This document shows, piece by piece, positions 17,226-26,200 of a stretch of DNA of 37,525 nt. Made by a program: the position numbers and the translations under genes. The notes beneath the pieces were generated by a model. That model was not told the origin of the DNA, searched no databases, and worked only from the letters and a program-made list of their open reading frames with translations. Each line of letters opens with the position of its first letter. Positions within the stretch are counted from its first letter, which is position 1. The stretch is taken from positions 1 to 37,525 of IMG/VR virus record IMGVR_UViG_3300033407_000069; one strand, written 5' to 3'. The stretch is from a virus. Its lineage: Duplodnaviria; Caudoviricetes.

Positions 17226-17675
17226 TTAGGCTCCGACGATGTAGAGCGTGACGGTCGTGGCGCTGGCGCGCCGGAAGACCAACAGCGCCGACTCATTCTG
17301 GGCGAGCGTCTGCCCGGCGTTGTTCACCGTCACATCCGTGCCACCCGCGAGCGTGATCGCCTCGGCTGCGTCCGCCGTGTTGATCAGGATGCACTCGAAG
17401 ATATCGCCGTCAGCGGCGAGGCCGAGGCCGCTGATCAAGGCGAGCGCTGTATCGGTCGTATCGGTCCGGGCCGCGCCACTCGGGTCCCGCGTGATGATAC
17501 CGGTCAGCAGCTGGGCCGCCGTGTAGGTCCCCGCCCCGACCGTCGTGATGTTGGTCACGCTCCGGCGCGGCAGCAGGCCCCCCTTCGTCATCGTGAAGAG
17601 GACGTTGCCCGCCTGGTCGAGGAATTGCAGGTCGCCCCCGACCCAGTTGCTCTGGACGTTCTTACCGCCTGCCAT
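17226..17675 (-). CDS. Capsid decoration/spike protein
   Basis: 149 aa, AAGGAGG RBS, TYTAAQLLTGII motif; two genes after the capsid gene. Confidence 0.65.
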   Translation of the reverse strand: MAGGKNVQSNWVGGDLQFLDQAGNVLFTMTKGGLLPRRSVTNITTVGAGTYTAAQLLTGIITRDPSGAARTDTTDTALALISGLGLAADGDIFECILINTADAAEAITLAGGTDVTVNNAGQTLAQNESALLVFRRASATTVTLYIVGA

Positions 17676-17737
17676 GCTAACGCCTCCTTGTTATGGCGGT
17701 TGGTTCCGCCTGGCTCTGGCTATCTGCCGCCTTACGA

Positions 17738-18181
17738 CTACGCCGACGCCGCCGCCGGTAGGTTCTGCACAGCGCGGCTCACCTTGAGACCATGCACAAC
17801 CGCGATGCACTCACCCGCATCGGCTGTCGCCTCGACGCAGTTGAAGGTCGCCGAGAGCCACGAGGCGTCGATGTAGATCACCGCACAGTCGAATGCCGTG
17901 GTGTCCTTCTTGACGAAGTTGGAATCGTTGTCCAGCGTCGCATCGGCGTCAGCCGTTTCCGCTGTCCACACGCCCCCTATTCCGTTGGACGCCTTGTACT
18001 TGTTGACCACCGCAAGCGCAGCCTCGCTCGCGCCGTCGATGCTCTCCTTGAAGTCGGTGGATTGCGCGCCGGCGTCTTCGTAGAGGATGAACGTCACTCC
18101 GCTGGCGTTTTCCAGCGAGATGTGCTTCCCAGACGCCTTCGGCACTACGTTGATGATGTGTCCTAGTGCTTCGATTCCCAT
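17738..18181 (-). CDS. Capsid cement/decoration protein
   Basis: 147 aa immediately after the capsid gene with a purine-rich RBS. Confidence 0.65.
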   Translation of the reverse strand: MGIEALGHIINVVPKASGKHISLENASGVTFILYEDAGAQSTDFKESIDGASEAALAVVNKYKASNGIGGVWTAETADADATLDNDSNFVKKDTTAFDCAVIYIDASWLSATFNCVEATADAGECIAVVHGLKVSRAVQNLPAAASA

Positions 18182-18199
18182 GTTCCTCTATTCTCCTTT

Positions 18200-18266
18200 C
18201 CCTCGCAGGGTTTGAATGCTGCGAAGGGCTAGGCCGGTGGGCGGGGTGTGAATGCCGCCCACCGGC
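18200..18266 (-). promoter_or_regulatory. Tandem RNA hairpins with near-identical 10-nt loops
   Basis: Perfect 12-bp stem 18233-18266 with loop CAUUCACACC; bulged stem 18200-18228 with loop CAUUCAAACC. Confidence 0.7.
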
Positions 18267-18282
18267 TGGATTACTACTAGGC

Positions 18283-19656
18283 TCACGCGCGCGCTCCGAG
18301 AATCACGAACGGGCTCAGCGAGTCACCGTTCTTCGGCGTTAGCGCCGACTGAATCCACGGCCTGCCATCCACACGCAGGATGAGCCGCAATTCCGTCTCG
18401 TCGTTCATGAACCGGGAATGCTCGCTCGACTCCATCGACACCGCCTGCCGGTCGCCGATGAGGTAGAAGCCGAAATCGTATAGGCCGATGTCGCCCGCAT
18501 CGCCGAGCGCCGGAACCTTCTCAGTGAGGATCAGGGGCCGTCCCAGCATCGCCAGGGTTGGCGATGCGTGGATGTTGACCAGCGCCACCGGCGCGCCGCC
18601 CGTGCCCACCGCGATCGAGAGTGTCATCAGCTGAGGGAATGTCGTCGGGTTCGCAACCCAGACGGAGTTCCCGAGCGACTGCGGCAGCATCCGCGAGTAC
18701 ATCTTCAGGATGTTCTCGACAACGATGGTGTCGGCGGGCTGACCCGTCTCCTTCGTGATCGTGATCACGGCCGGCGAGTTCTGGACGCCCAGCGGGTCGG
18801 CACCGCCCACGCCTGTCAGGAAGGCAACGTCCTCAGTAAAGTTGATGCCCTGCGGCGCGGAGCGCATCAGCCATGAGTTCAGGGCTGGCGCGTCGTTCCA
18901 GAGTTCGTTCGGAACCCGCGCTCCACCCGTCAGCTTCTTGGCTTCGAGCTTCACGCGGCCGAACTTCGCCTCAGAAGCCGTGATCGTGCCGGACTCTTGT
19001 GTCCAGGCAAACGACATGCCGCCGAAGAACGTCCCACCCGCGTGTGTGGTTACGTCCACGAACGGCAGCGCAATTGATCCGCCCGTCATCTGGATGACCG
19101 ATGCCCGTGGCCGCACAACGGCATCTGCGAGTTGCAGCTCGTAAATGATGCTGCGGAACTCTTCAGGAATCAGCGTCCCAGCAGAGGCCGGGTCGGTAGA
19201 ACTGTAGGCGTTCTGGACTTCGATGATCTTCGCCATGCGCGGGTCGGGCCTCAGCGTCTTGCCATAGGCCACCCGAGCATAGTCGCCAAGGTTGGCGAAC
19301 TCGCCGTCCAGCGGAGCGCCAGCAGCGATCGGGTTATAGATCGCCCCGCCTCTGGCGTTCATTGTCTCAGGGTCCCCAAGCGGCGGACGGTTCACGCCAT
19401 GGTCCTTGAGCATCTTCGCCATGGTGTCCTGAACGGTCTGCGTGACCTGGTTTGTGATCTCGTTCGAGCCAGCCATGCCAGCCGTCACCGCATCGCGCAC
19501 CAGTTCGGCCATGTCGCCGCGCTCGTCGGTTGCCCTGGCATACGCCTTGGTGAACTCCGAAAGCTGGCCGTTGGCAATGATCTCAGCGGCGACCTTCGGG
19601 TCGTCCAGCATCTCCTGCATTTCCGCAGCCGTCTGCGGGATGATCAGCTTGTCCAC
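18283..19656 (-). CDS. Major capsid protein, HK97 fold
   Basis: 457 aa; AGTLIPEEF, WTQESGTI, EDVAFLTGVG, LGRPLILTE, RVDGRPW; N-terminal delta-like region. Confidence 0.95.
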   Translation of the reverse strand: MDKLIIPQTAAEMQEMLDDPKVAAEIIANGQLSEFTKAYARATDERGDMAELVRDAVTAGMAGSNEITNQVTQTVQDTMAKMLKDHGVNRPPLGDPETMNARGGAIYNPIAAGAPLDGEFANLGDYARVAYGKTLRPDPRMAKIIEVQNAYSSTDPASAGTLIPEEFRSIIYELQLADAVVRPRASVIQMTGGSIALPFVDVTTHAGGTFFGGMSFAWTQESGTITASEAKFGRVKLEAKKLTGGARVPNELWNDAPALNSWLMRSAPQGINFTEDVAFLTGVGGADPLGVQNSPAVITITKETGQPADTIVVENILKMYSRMLPQSLGNSVWVANPTTFPQLMTLSIAVGTGGAPVALVNIHASPTLAMLGRPLILTEKVPALGDAGDIGLYDFGFYLIGDRQAVSMESSEHSRFMNDETELRLILRVDGRPWIQSALTPKNGDSLSPFVILGARA

Positions 19657-20436
19657 TTACCTTCCTCCTGCGGTAGCTACCGCTTCTCTCAGCGAATGAC
19701 GGCCCAGCAACTCCTCCAATTTCGGGGAGGGCGCGGGCCTCAATGCGCCGTCTTTCAGGCCAGACAAATCTGCCTGATCCTTGACTGTCTTTTGGCTTTC
19801 CTCCTCGCCGTCCACGCGGTCAGCGAGGCCCATCGCGACGGCCTCCTGGTCGGACAGCCACGTCTCGCCCTTCATCAGCGCGCGCCACTCCTCGACGGTG
19901 CCGCCGGCCCGCTTCGCGTAGATAGCGGCGATGTTGTCCGAGGACTTGTCGAGGATATCGGCCATTTTCCGCATGTCGTCGGCGGGACCGAGCGCGAGGC
20001 CGTGAGCGTCGTGGATCATCATCTGCGAGTGCGGCGACATGACAAGCGTGTCCGCCGCCATGACGATGAAGCTAGCAGCGCTCGCGGCGAGGCCGTCCAC
20101 GTAGGCGGTGATCTCAGCCTTATGGCGATTGACGGCGTTGAAGATCGCGATGCCGTCGAACACATCGCCGCCGGGCGAGTTCACCCGAAGCGTGATCTTG
20201 CTCGCCTTGATGTTCGAGAGGTCGTGGATGAAATCGTCGGCGCTGACGCCGCCGTAGCCGATGAAGTCATAGATCAAAATCTCAGCTTCGGCTTCGGACA
20301 GGTTCTTGATCGAGTACCAGCCGCGTGGGCTGCCGCTCAGGCTCGACCCGTTCCGCGCTCGCTTCGTCTCCAGCGCGGCGGTGAGTTGGGGCAGGTCAGC
20401 GGCTGGCTGGAGGCTTGTGTATCGCTGTAGGCTCAT
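19657..20436 (-). CDS. ClpP-type prohead protease
   Basis: NSPGGDVFDG, DGLAASAAS (Ser), MMIH (His), ETWL; start ATG 20436 after AGGAG. Confidence 0.95.
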   Translation of the reverse strand: MSLQRYTSLQPAADLPQLTAALETKRARNGSSLSGSPRGWYSIKNLSEAEAEILIYDFIGYGGVSADDFIHDLSNIKASKITLRVNSPGGDVFDGIAIFNAVNRHKAEITAYVDGLAASAASFIVMAADTLVMSPHSQMMIHDAHGLALGPADDMRKMADILDKSSDNIAAIYAKRAGGTVEEWRALMKGETWLSDQEAVAMGLADRVDGEEESQKTVKDQADLSGLKDGALRPAPSPKLEELLGRHSLREAVATAGGR

Positions 20437-20457
20437 ATGCACTCCTGGGGGCACGAC

Positions 20458-20541
20458 AAAAGCGCCCTAGTCGTGGAGTACGAGACTCACGCTTTGGGCG
20501 CTTCTGCTCCACTAGGAGCATCGAGCGCAGCCTATTCAGTT
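20458..20541 (-). promoter_or_regulatory. Structured 5' leader of the protease-capsid operon
   Basis: AACUGAAUA, a GCUCC/GGAGC hairpin, then an AGAAGCGCCC...GGGCGCUUUU stem enclosing a further hairpin. Confidence 0.55.
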
Positions 20542-20547
20542 GCTAGA

Positions 20548-20577
20548 AGTATGAGACTATGCGGTCGGCTTTGTCAA
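20548..20577 (-). promoter_or_regulatory. Promoter TTGACA-N18-CATACT
   Basis: Consensus -35 overlapping the upstream stop codon; begins an intergenic gap of about 137 bp. Confidence 0.6.
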
Positions 20578-21221
20578 GCCAGCACTTCGCTCGGCAAGCC
20601 CAGCAGGGCGAGCGCCGTCTCCTCGTCATCCGCCTCCATGTTCCCGAACGCCAGCGGGTAGAGCGGCGCTTCCCCGGCCAGGCTGCGCCCAGCCGCCACA
20701 ACACTCGCAGTCATCTGGACGGGCAACGAGGCGTCGCCAGCGAACGCGAGGCCATGCCGAAGCCGCCCGAACGCCAGGACGGCCACGGCGAGCGGCGCGC
20801 CTGCCAGCTCGATGAGGGCAGGAACATATTTGAAGACGATGACGCTGAGATCGGCGGTCACGCCCAGCGGGAGCGGCAGATCGCCGCCGAGGCTCACGCC
20901 AGCACGGAGCCGCGCGCGACGCCCAGCGTTCGTGAAGCCCAGCCGCAGGAAGGCCGCGAGCGCCTGCACGAGCGACAGCAACCCCTGGCTCTCGAAGGTA
21001 ATCAGCAGGGTGGCGAAGATGCCCTGCTCGACACTGAGCGCGCCCCGGCCCAGGACTGCGATGGCTGCGCGGCCTTCGAGCGGGACTGGGCGAAGCCGTC
21101 GCCGCCGCGTGACGATGTGGCGCGGGACGCCGAGTAGCGGCCCTGTTACGGGTTCAACGACGACAGGGGCGCAGACTTCGAAGCCGTTCGAGAAGCCGTT
21201 GGAAAAGGCGCACGTGGCCAC
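20574..21221 (-). CDS. Putative virion fibre-shaft/connector protein
   Basis: N-terminal AFSNGFSNGF, amphipathic beta repeats, C-terminal DDEETALALL. Confidence 0.55.
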   Translation of the reverse strand: MATCAFSNGFSNGFEVCAPVVVEPVTGPLLGVPRHIVTRRRRLRPVPLEGRAAIAVLGRGALSVEQGIFATLLITFESQGLLSLVQALAAFLRLGFTNAGRRARLRAGVSLGGDLPLPLGVTADLSVIVFKYVPALIELAGAPLAVAVLAFGRLRHGLAFAGDASLPVQMTASVVAAGRSLAGEAPLYPLAFGNMEADDEETALALLGLPSEVLA

Positions 21222-21565
21222 TACGGGATGCCGATGCGGAGGCTCCCTGGCCGAAAGACGGCGTTGTCCTCGGCGGGCAGTTCGCGCGGCTTCTGCAGCC
21301 GGTAGAGCGCGCGCAGGCTGCCACGCTCATCGAAGACGCCCCAATGGTTGACGCTGTGATCGCGCCCCATGTCATCGAAGCGGACTTCGTTCACGTTCTC
21401 GATGTAGCGGGTTTCGTCACCTTGCGGCGGGCCAAACGCCACGGGCAGCCTGCCATAGCGAGGGTCGCTGATCTCCGCTTCGCCGTCGAATAGGCCGACC
21501 GTGAACGCCTGGCCCGTGAAGATCGCCAGCATCTCATCCTTGGTGTCGAGTGAGAGGCCAATCAT
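21221..21565 (-). CDS. Small fibre-associated protein (mycobacteriophage Gp80-like family)
   Basis: VGLF...EISDPRYGRLPVAFG...NVNEVRF...VNHWGVFD...VFRPGSLRI pattern. Confidence 0.65.
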   Translation of the reverse strand: MIGLSLDTKDEMLAIFTGQAFTVGLFDGEAEISDPRYGRLPVAFGPPQGDETRYIENVNEVRFDDMGRDHSVNHWGVFDERGSLRALYRLQKPRELPAEDNAVFRPGSLRIGIP

Positions 21566-21774
21566 GGTTCTAGCACTCCGGTTCGTTCCGCGAAGTCGTG
21601 CTCTTCTAGGGCCCGCTCAACCGATTCTCGCGTGTTGACGGGGGCCTGGTCGCAGATTGAGCAGCGCATCTCCGCGCACACTTCGCTAATGAAGCGATCA
21701 AGCGCCTCTTCATCAAGCGCCTGTGCATCCCAACATGCCTTAGATAGAACCTCGCGCGCTTCGGCAATGCTCAT
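21562..21774 (-). CDS. Hypothetical protein (70 aa, CxxC)
   Basis: ATGA coupling on both sides. Confidence 0.55.
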   Translation of the reverse strand: MSIAEAREVLSKACWDAQALDEEALDRFISEVCAEMRCSICDQAPVNTRESVERALEEHDFAERTGVLEP

Positions 21775-23345
21775 GATGCCGTCACCTCCACCACGCGCAG
21801 GAGCCGCCCGTCGTCGTCGCGCTCCACCGTCTTGATCGTAGTCTGGGGCTGCGGGCCGACAAGCACTTCCTTATCCTTCGGGCAATACGCCGTCGCGCCA
21901 ACGTTCATGTTGCGCCCGATCCAGCGCCCGCACTTCGGGCAATGAACCTCGGCTAGCATGTCCGGCTGCGTCTCCGTGCGCTCCGGTATCTGCGTAGGCG
22001 GAACAACGACAGGCGCGGGCTCCGGCTCCTCGCCCAGCGCGTCCAGCTCGGTCGGCGTGACGTTAGGCGGCACGAAGAAAATGCCTTCCTTGGGCTTTGG
22101 GTCAAGGCCAATCGCCTCGCGCCCTTCCTCCCACGATTCGATACCAGCGCCGACGTTGGCGCGGTGGCGCTCGTGCACCTTGTCGACGTCCTCCTGTAGC
22201 GCGCGGATGTCGGAGAGGTCAAACAGCACCTCATCGATGCCGCCGTAGTCCGGCACAAGCTGGAGGTTAAGCGCGTCATCGAGGTCGGAGAGGAGCGGCG
22301 TCATCGTGAGGTCCCAGAAGACCTGCCAGTCCTGGCGCTTGTTCGCGTAGCTCGAAGACTCATAGCCGATCAACAGGCCGAGGATACTACCCGGAATGCC
22401 GAACACCATCGCGATGCGCGCTTCCTGCATCGCGTCCAGCTCTTTCGGCAGCGCATCGCGCAGACCGCGATTGAGCCCCATCTGCTGATATGTCGATTCG
22501 GCGTTGTCGAGGATCATCAGCTCATGGGCCCGGCCAGCCGAGCCGAACTGAGCGTGGAAGCGAGTCTTGATCTCTTCCTTGGCTTCCGGCGACAGCTTCG
22601 ACTTCACAGAGAGGATCGAGCCGGGGCCGGTGCCGCCCTGCTCGAAGAAGCCGCGCAGGAAGTTCTTCATGTAGTCATCGATGTCGATGCGCCCCGCCAC
22701 CGCCATCAGTGGCGGCATCCCGTAGTAGTCGTTGAGCGGATGGCGCGTCTTGAAGTGGATCACGTCTTCGGGCGGGAAGACGATCTTGTCCTTCCCGGTG
22801 TTGTACTCGTAGCCACCGATGAACTTCACCGCGTCGGGAATAATCCTGACTCGGTCGGGCCGCAGCCGCCAGAGTTCAGCGGGCGCGCCCTTGAGCAGTC
22901 CGCCCTGCACACGCGCCTTGAGCATATAGGCGTTACCCGCCAGCGCCCTGTCCATCACAACCGTGCCCCAGAGTTGCCCGCGGCTCATCCAGGGGTTCGG
23001 GTTCGCGAGTAGCTGGATCAGCGGATGGCCGGGCAGGTCTTTGACGAAGCCCGCCTCGATCAGGCGCTCCTTCACGGCGCGGTGCGAGAGGCCGCAGGCC
23101 AAGAGCCGCTGCTCCTCGTTTCTGATCTGCGGACTGTTGCGCTGCCACTTGCGTCCGATGATGTGCGGCTCGGCCGCCGAGGTCGCCAGCATCTCGATGG
23201 CCGAGAAGACGATCTCGTTCCCCATGTAGGCGCGGGAGCAGCCGAGATAGCCCTGCTGGGGCGGGGTGCCGAACTGCTGCGTGACGGGGTACACGACCGG
23301 GGCAGGGCGCGGGGCCAGCGCGGCGAGCGGCGCGAACAGCTTCAT
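21771..23345 (-). CDS. Portal protein (HK97 family) with C-terminal Zn ribbon
   Basis: HPLIQLLANPNPWMS, GNAY, LWRLRPDRV, VIHFK, YYGMPP, SSYAN; start ATG 23345. Confidence 0.95.
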   Translation of the reverse strand: MKLFAPLAALAPRPAPVVYPVTQQFGTPPQQGYLGCSRAYMGNEIVFSAIEMLATSAAEPHIIGRKWQRNSPQIRNEEQRLLACGLSHRAVKERLIEAGFVKDLPGHPLIQLLANPNPWMSRGQLWGTVVMDRALAGNAYMLKARVQGGLLKGAPAELWRLRPDRVRIIPDAVKFIGGYEYNTGKDKIVFPPEDVIHFKTRHPLNDYYGMPPLMAVAGRIDIDDYMKNFLRGFFEQGGTGPGSILSVKSKLSPEAKEEIKTRFHAQFGSAGRAHELMILDNAESTYQQMGLNRGLRDALPKELDAMQEARIAMVFGIPGSILGLLIGYESSSYANKRQDWQVFWDLTMTPLLSDLDDALNLQLVPDYGGIDEVLFDLSDIRALQEDVDKVHERHRANVGAGIESWEEGREAIGLDPKPKEGIFFVPPNVTPTELDALGEEPEPAPVVVPPTQIPERTETQPDMLAEVHCPKCGRWIGRNMNVGATAYCPKDKEVLVGPQPQTTIKTVERDDDGRLLRVVEVTAS

Positions 23346-23518
23346 GCTGCTCTGCCCTCTTGCACAACCCCAATGTTGAGCACATTGCAGCATACCGAAC
23401 AGAAGTAGGCGGTGCTAGGCGCATCCTCCGTCAACGCGCAATCGATATCGAGGCAACTGCCCGCAATATGATTTGAGCAAAAGGTAAGATCATGCTTGCG
23501 GCACAACTTGAGCCGCAC
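23342..23518 (-). CDS. 58-aa Cys-rich protein (not in ORF track)
   Basis: MRLKLCRKHDLTFCSNHIAGSCLDIDC...YFCSVCC...; ATGA overlap with the portal start. Confidence 0.55.
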   Translation of the reverse strand: MRLKLCRKHDLTFCSNHIAGSCLDIDCALTEDAPSTAYFCSVCCNVLNIGVVQEGRAA

Positions 23519-23519
23519 C

Positions 23520-23654
23520 CTACAGCCCTCCCGTCACCCGAAACACCGTCCAGGCCAGCCCAAGACCAGCGGCGGCGAGCACCGGCAGCGCGACACACAC
23601 GCCGAGGACGGCGGCGATGATCTTGAGGTCGTCGGCGTCGATGAAGTCAGACAT
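23520..23654 (-). CDS. 44-aa single-pass membrane protein
   Basis: MSDFIDADDLKIIAAVLGVCVALPVLAAAGLGLAWTVFRVTGGL; pre-portal position. Confidence 0.65.
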   Translation of the reverse strand: MSDFIDADDLKIIAAVLGVCVALPVLAAAGLGLAWTVFRVTGGL

Positions 23655-24132
23655 ATCGAGCACGATTCTGGTCTCGTTGGCAAGTGCGGCAGTGCCGATA
23701 GCCATACTTATCATATCGCGTATTGTCCTCGTCATAGACGTGCCCATTAGGACATGCACTCTTGCGCGCATTGATCGCAGCGAACCCCGTGCCGCGCAAG
23801 CAGTTCTCGCGATGCGTCACTGGCTGTAGGTGATCGGCGCGGACGCAAGCGGGTGTCCGGCAGAGATGATCGAGATCGTGCCCTGGTGGGACTGGCCCGC
23901 ACTCCAATTCGTAAGAGAAGACGTAAGCACTTATGAATACCGCCTTTGCATATCTGCCTGGCAAATAGAAATGCCCATAGCCCTTGCTATCCCGCGATCC
24001 CATCCACAGCCAGCAGGGAGTATCTAGAATCAGCGGGCCGTTCTTGTCGACCTTCGGCCAAAAGCGCTCAGACGGTTCTTTGCGCGTATAGTAGCGCTGT
24101 CGCTTCTCAGAGTAGATCGCCGTGCTGGCCAT
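23647..24132 (-). CDS. Free-standing HNH homing endonuclease
   Basis: RFWPKVDK, CWLW.G, LDHLCRTPACVRADHL..VT..EN, CPNGH; TGATG overlap with the terminase stop. Confidence 0.9.
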   Translation of the reverse strand: MASTAIYSEKRQRYYTRKEPSERFWPKVDKNGPLILDTPCWLWMGSRDSKGYGHFYLPGRYAKAVFISAYVFSYELECGPVPPGHDLDHLCRTPACVRADHLQPVTHRENCLRGTGFAAINARKSACPNGHVYDEDNTRYDKYGYRHCRTCQRDQNRARYV

Positions 24133-25751
24133 CAAACGAAATAAACCCCCGCCTCCTGCACCTCCAGCGCACCCGACGCGACGGCGTCCTGCGCCGCCGT
24201 AAAGCTCAAGCAGCCCCCTATCGAACCATCCATCTTGAACGGCGAGTCCTTGCGATCCTTCCGTGCGATCCACATGAACTCCCCGGTGTCCTCGTTGCGG
24301 ATGTTCGTCTCCTGCTTGCAGGCGTTCGCGATGTGGCGTGCTAAGACGGGGTTGCCGTCATGCGACAGATCGCCGTTGATCATCGCAGTGCGGTAGTCCT
24401 GAAGCGCATACGCCATCTTGCGATACTGATTTGTCCACCATTCTACCACGACCTTGTCGCCCCAGCGACCCGCCCACGCCGCGATCTCCGAGCCCCAGAG
24501 CGGCGGGTCACAATACATCCGCCAGACGGTCCAGCGCGTGAAGGCGTCGGTGACAGCAGCGTTGACCGCGTCCTTATCAACCTCCCATTCCTGGCCTGTC
24601 TGTTTGCCACCGCCTACTGGCGGCTCCCAGATGCCTACGACGAACTGATGCATGGTCTCAACGTGCGTACCGATGAGCGCGGTTGCGTCGCGAAAGCGCG
24701 AGCCGTCGAAGCCGAGCGTGATGAGCGAGCCGGGCGGGGGTTCGAAGGCCTTCGCCAGCTCGGCCCACCGCGCGGCAGGGAACGCGCGGCCACCACCCGA
24801 CACGGGGCGGTTCAGCCAGAGCCGCTCGAGCAGCGCCCGATCCGCGCTGGGGTCCTCGAACTGTGCCACGATGCCATCGATATCTGACCACTCTACCGCC
24901 GCGCCCGACGCCTCGATGATGCCCGCGCGCAGCCCCTCGGGGGTGTTGATGTCGAGGTCATCCGAGGCCTGCCGGTGAAAGAAGAAGAGCTGGGGGTTTT
25001 CGGCGTCGCCAGCCGCTATCGACCGCGCGTATTCCATCGTGTCCTCGGCCACGCTGCCCTCGCCGGTCGCGAATGCGGTCGTCGTCTCCAGCGCCCAGGC
25101 GTCGGAGGCGCGGCGCTTCGGGAGGTTGGCGAGCATCGTGCGGTGCGCGCGCTTGAGGCGCGGGAGTGTGAACCGGTGCGTCTCGTCGAAGTGCTCAAAC
25201 GTCGTGCGGGCGCCGTCTCGCGCGTCTGGGCTTGACGCCAGCGCCACCGCCTTTCCGTCGCCCTTCTTGCGCATGATGCGCTCCAGCCCAATGTCGAAGT
25301 CATTGACGAGCGGTCCCTCGGAGAGCATCGTGTAGAGCGCCGCATAGGCCAGGTCTTCGGTCTGCTCCTCGGTGTAGGCGCAGAGCGGTATGTAGGGGTC
25401 CACGACCCCGCTGCCTATGGGCTGCCCATCACGCCAGCCATCACAACGCACGGGGCCTTCTGGATGTAACTCGCACGCAGCGAGCCATGCGGCTAATTCT
25501 GTTTTTGCCAAACCTTTCCTGAGCGAAAAGCAGACCCGGCGGAAGCGACGACGCCCAGCTTGCGGATGCCCTAGGGGGAATATCTCATACGCACGCATGA
25601 TCAAGGCGCGCTTCTCGGGGTCTACTTTCGCGGGAGAGCCACGTAGGTCACCAGGTCCAAAAACTAAGTTCTGCTCTATGAATCGGATTACCTGGCCGCC
25701 CAGTGTAGGCCAAGGATCCTCTTCCATCGCTGGGACTACCAGCGTCGTCAC
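24132..25751 (-). CDS. terL: Terminase large subunit
   Basis: Walker A RKGLAKT, Walker B FEHFDE, nuclease LGFDGSRFRDATAL and KMDG. Confidence 0.95.
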   Translation of the reverse strand: MTTLVVPAMEEDPWPTLGGQVIRFIEQNLVFGPGDLRGSPAKVDPEKRALIMRAYEIFPLGHPQAGRRRFRRVCFSLRKGLAKTELAAWLAACELHPEGPVRCDGWRDGQPIGSGVVDPYIPLCAYTEEQTEDLAYAALYTMLSEGPLVNDFDIGLERIMRKKGDGKAVALASSPDARDGARTTFEHFDETHRFTLPRLKRAHRTMLANLPKRRASDAWALETTTAFATGEGSVAEDTMEYARSIAAGDAENPQLFFFHRQASDDLDINTPEGLRAGIIEASGAAVEWSDIDGIVAQFEDPSADRALLERLWLNRPVSGGGRAFPAARWAELAKAFEPPPGSLITLGFDGSRFRDATALIGTHVETMHQFVVGIWEPPVGGGKQTGQEWEVDKDAVNAAVTDAFTRWTVWRMYCDPPLWGSEIAAWAGRWGDKVVVEWWTNQYRKMAYALQDYRTAMINGDLSHDGNPVLARHIANACKQETNIRNEDTGEFMWIARKDRKDSPFKMDGSIGGCLSFTAAQDAVASGALEVQEAGVYFV

Positions 25752-26200
25752 GCCGCCCCCCGACGATTATTGGCCTGTTGCTTCGCCGTCGCCCAGCGGC
25801 AATTGATGGGCTCGTAGTTTCCGTCGTTGTCAATGCGATCAATCGAGAGCCCAGTCGGCTTCTCGCCCATATCGGCCAGGAAGTTCTCGAATCTGCGCCA
25901 GCGGGCGCATACGCTGATGCCACGCCCGCCATAGTGGGGGTACTCCTTCACGCGCGGGTTCCGGCAACGACGGAGCATCGCCGCCCAGCATTGATACGTC
26001 CTGCTTTGGGCGCGCTTGCCAGCATGGCCGTGCTTACGATTGGTAAGGCTTATTTTCGCTCGCGACTCTGGCCCAAGAATCCGGCCCGTGGCGCCAGCGG
26101 CGATATTAGCGCGGTGTTCGGGCGAGAGCTTGCGACCCGTGAGCGCCGCGCTCATTCTGGCATTCGCTTCTGGGGAGTGCCTGTAAACGCCCTTCGGCAT
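25748..26200 (-). CDS. HNH-like homing endonuclease with NUMOD3-like repeats
   Basis: HSPEANARMS, LSPEHRANI, PESRAKIS repeats; YGGRGISVC.RW..FENFLADMG...SIDRIDNDGNYEP.NCRWAT. Confidence 0.9.
   Translation of the reverse strand: MPKGVYRHSPEANARMSAALTGRKLSPEHRANIAAGATGRILGPESRAKISLTNRKHGHAGKRAQSRTYQCWAAMLRRCRNPRVKEYPHYGGRGISVCARWRRFENFLADMGEKPTGLSIDRIDNDGNYEPINCRWATAKQQANNRRGAA

Noticed and set aside
24132-25751. Intron or intein in terL, given the flanking endonucleases
   Set aside because: The ORF is continuous, of ordinary length and has all motifs; no splice-junction residues were seen.
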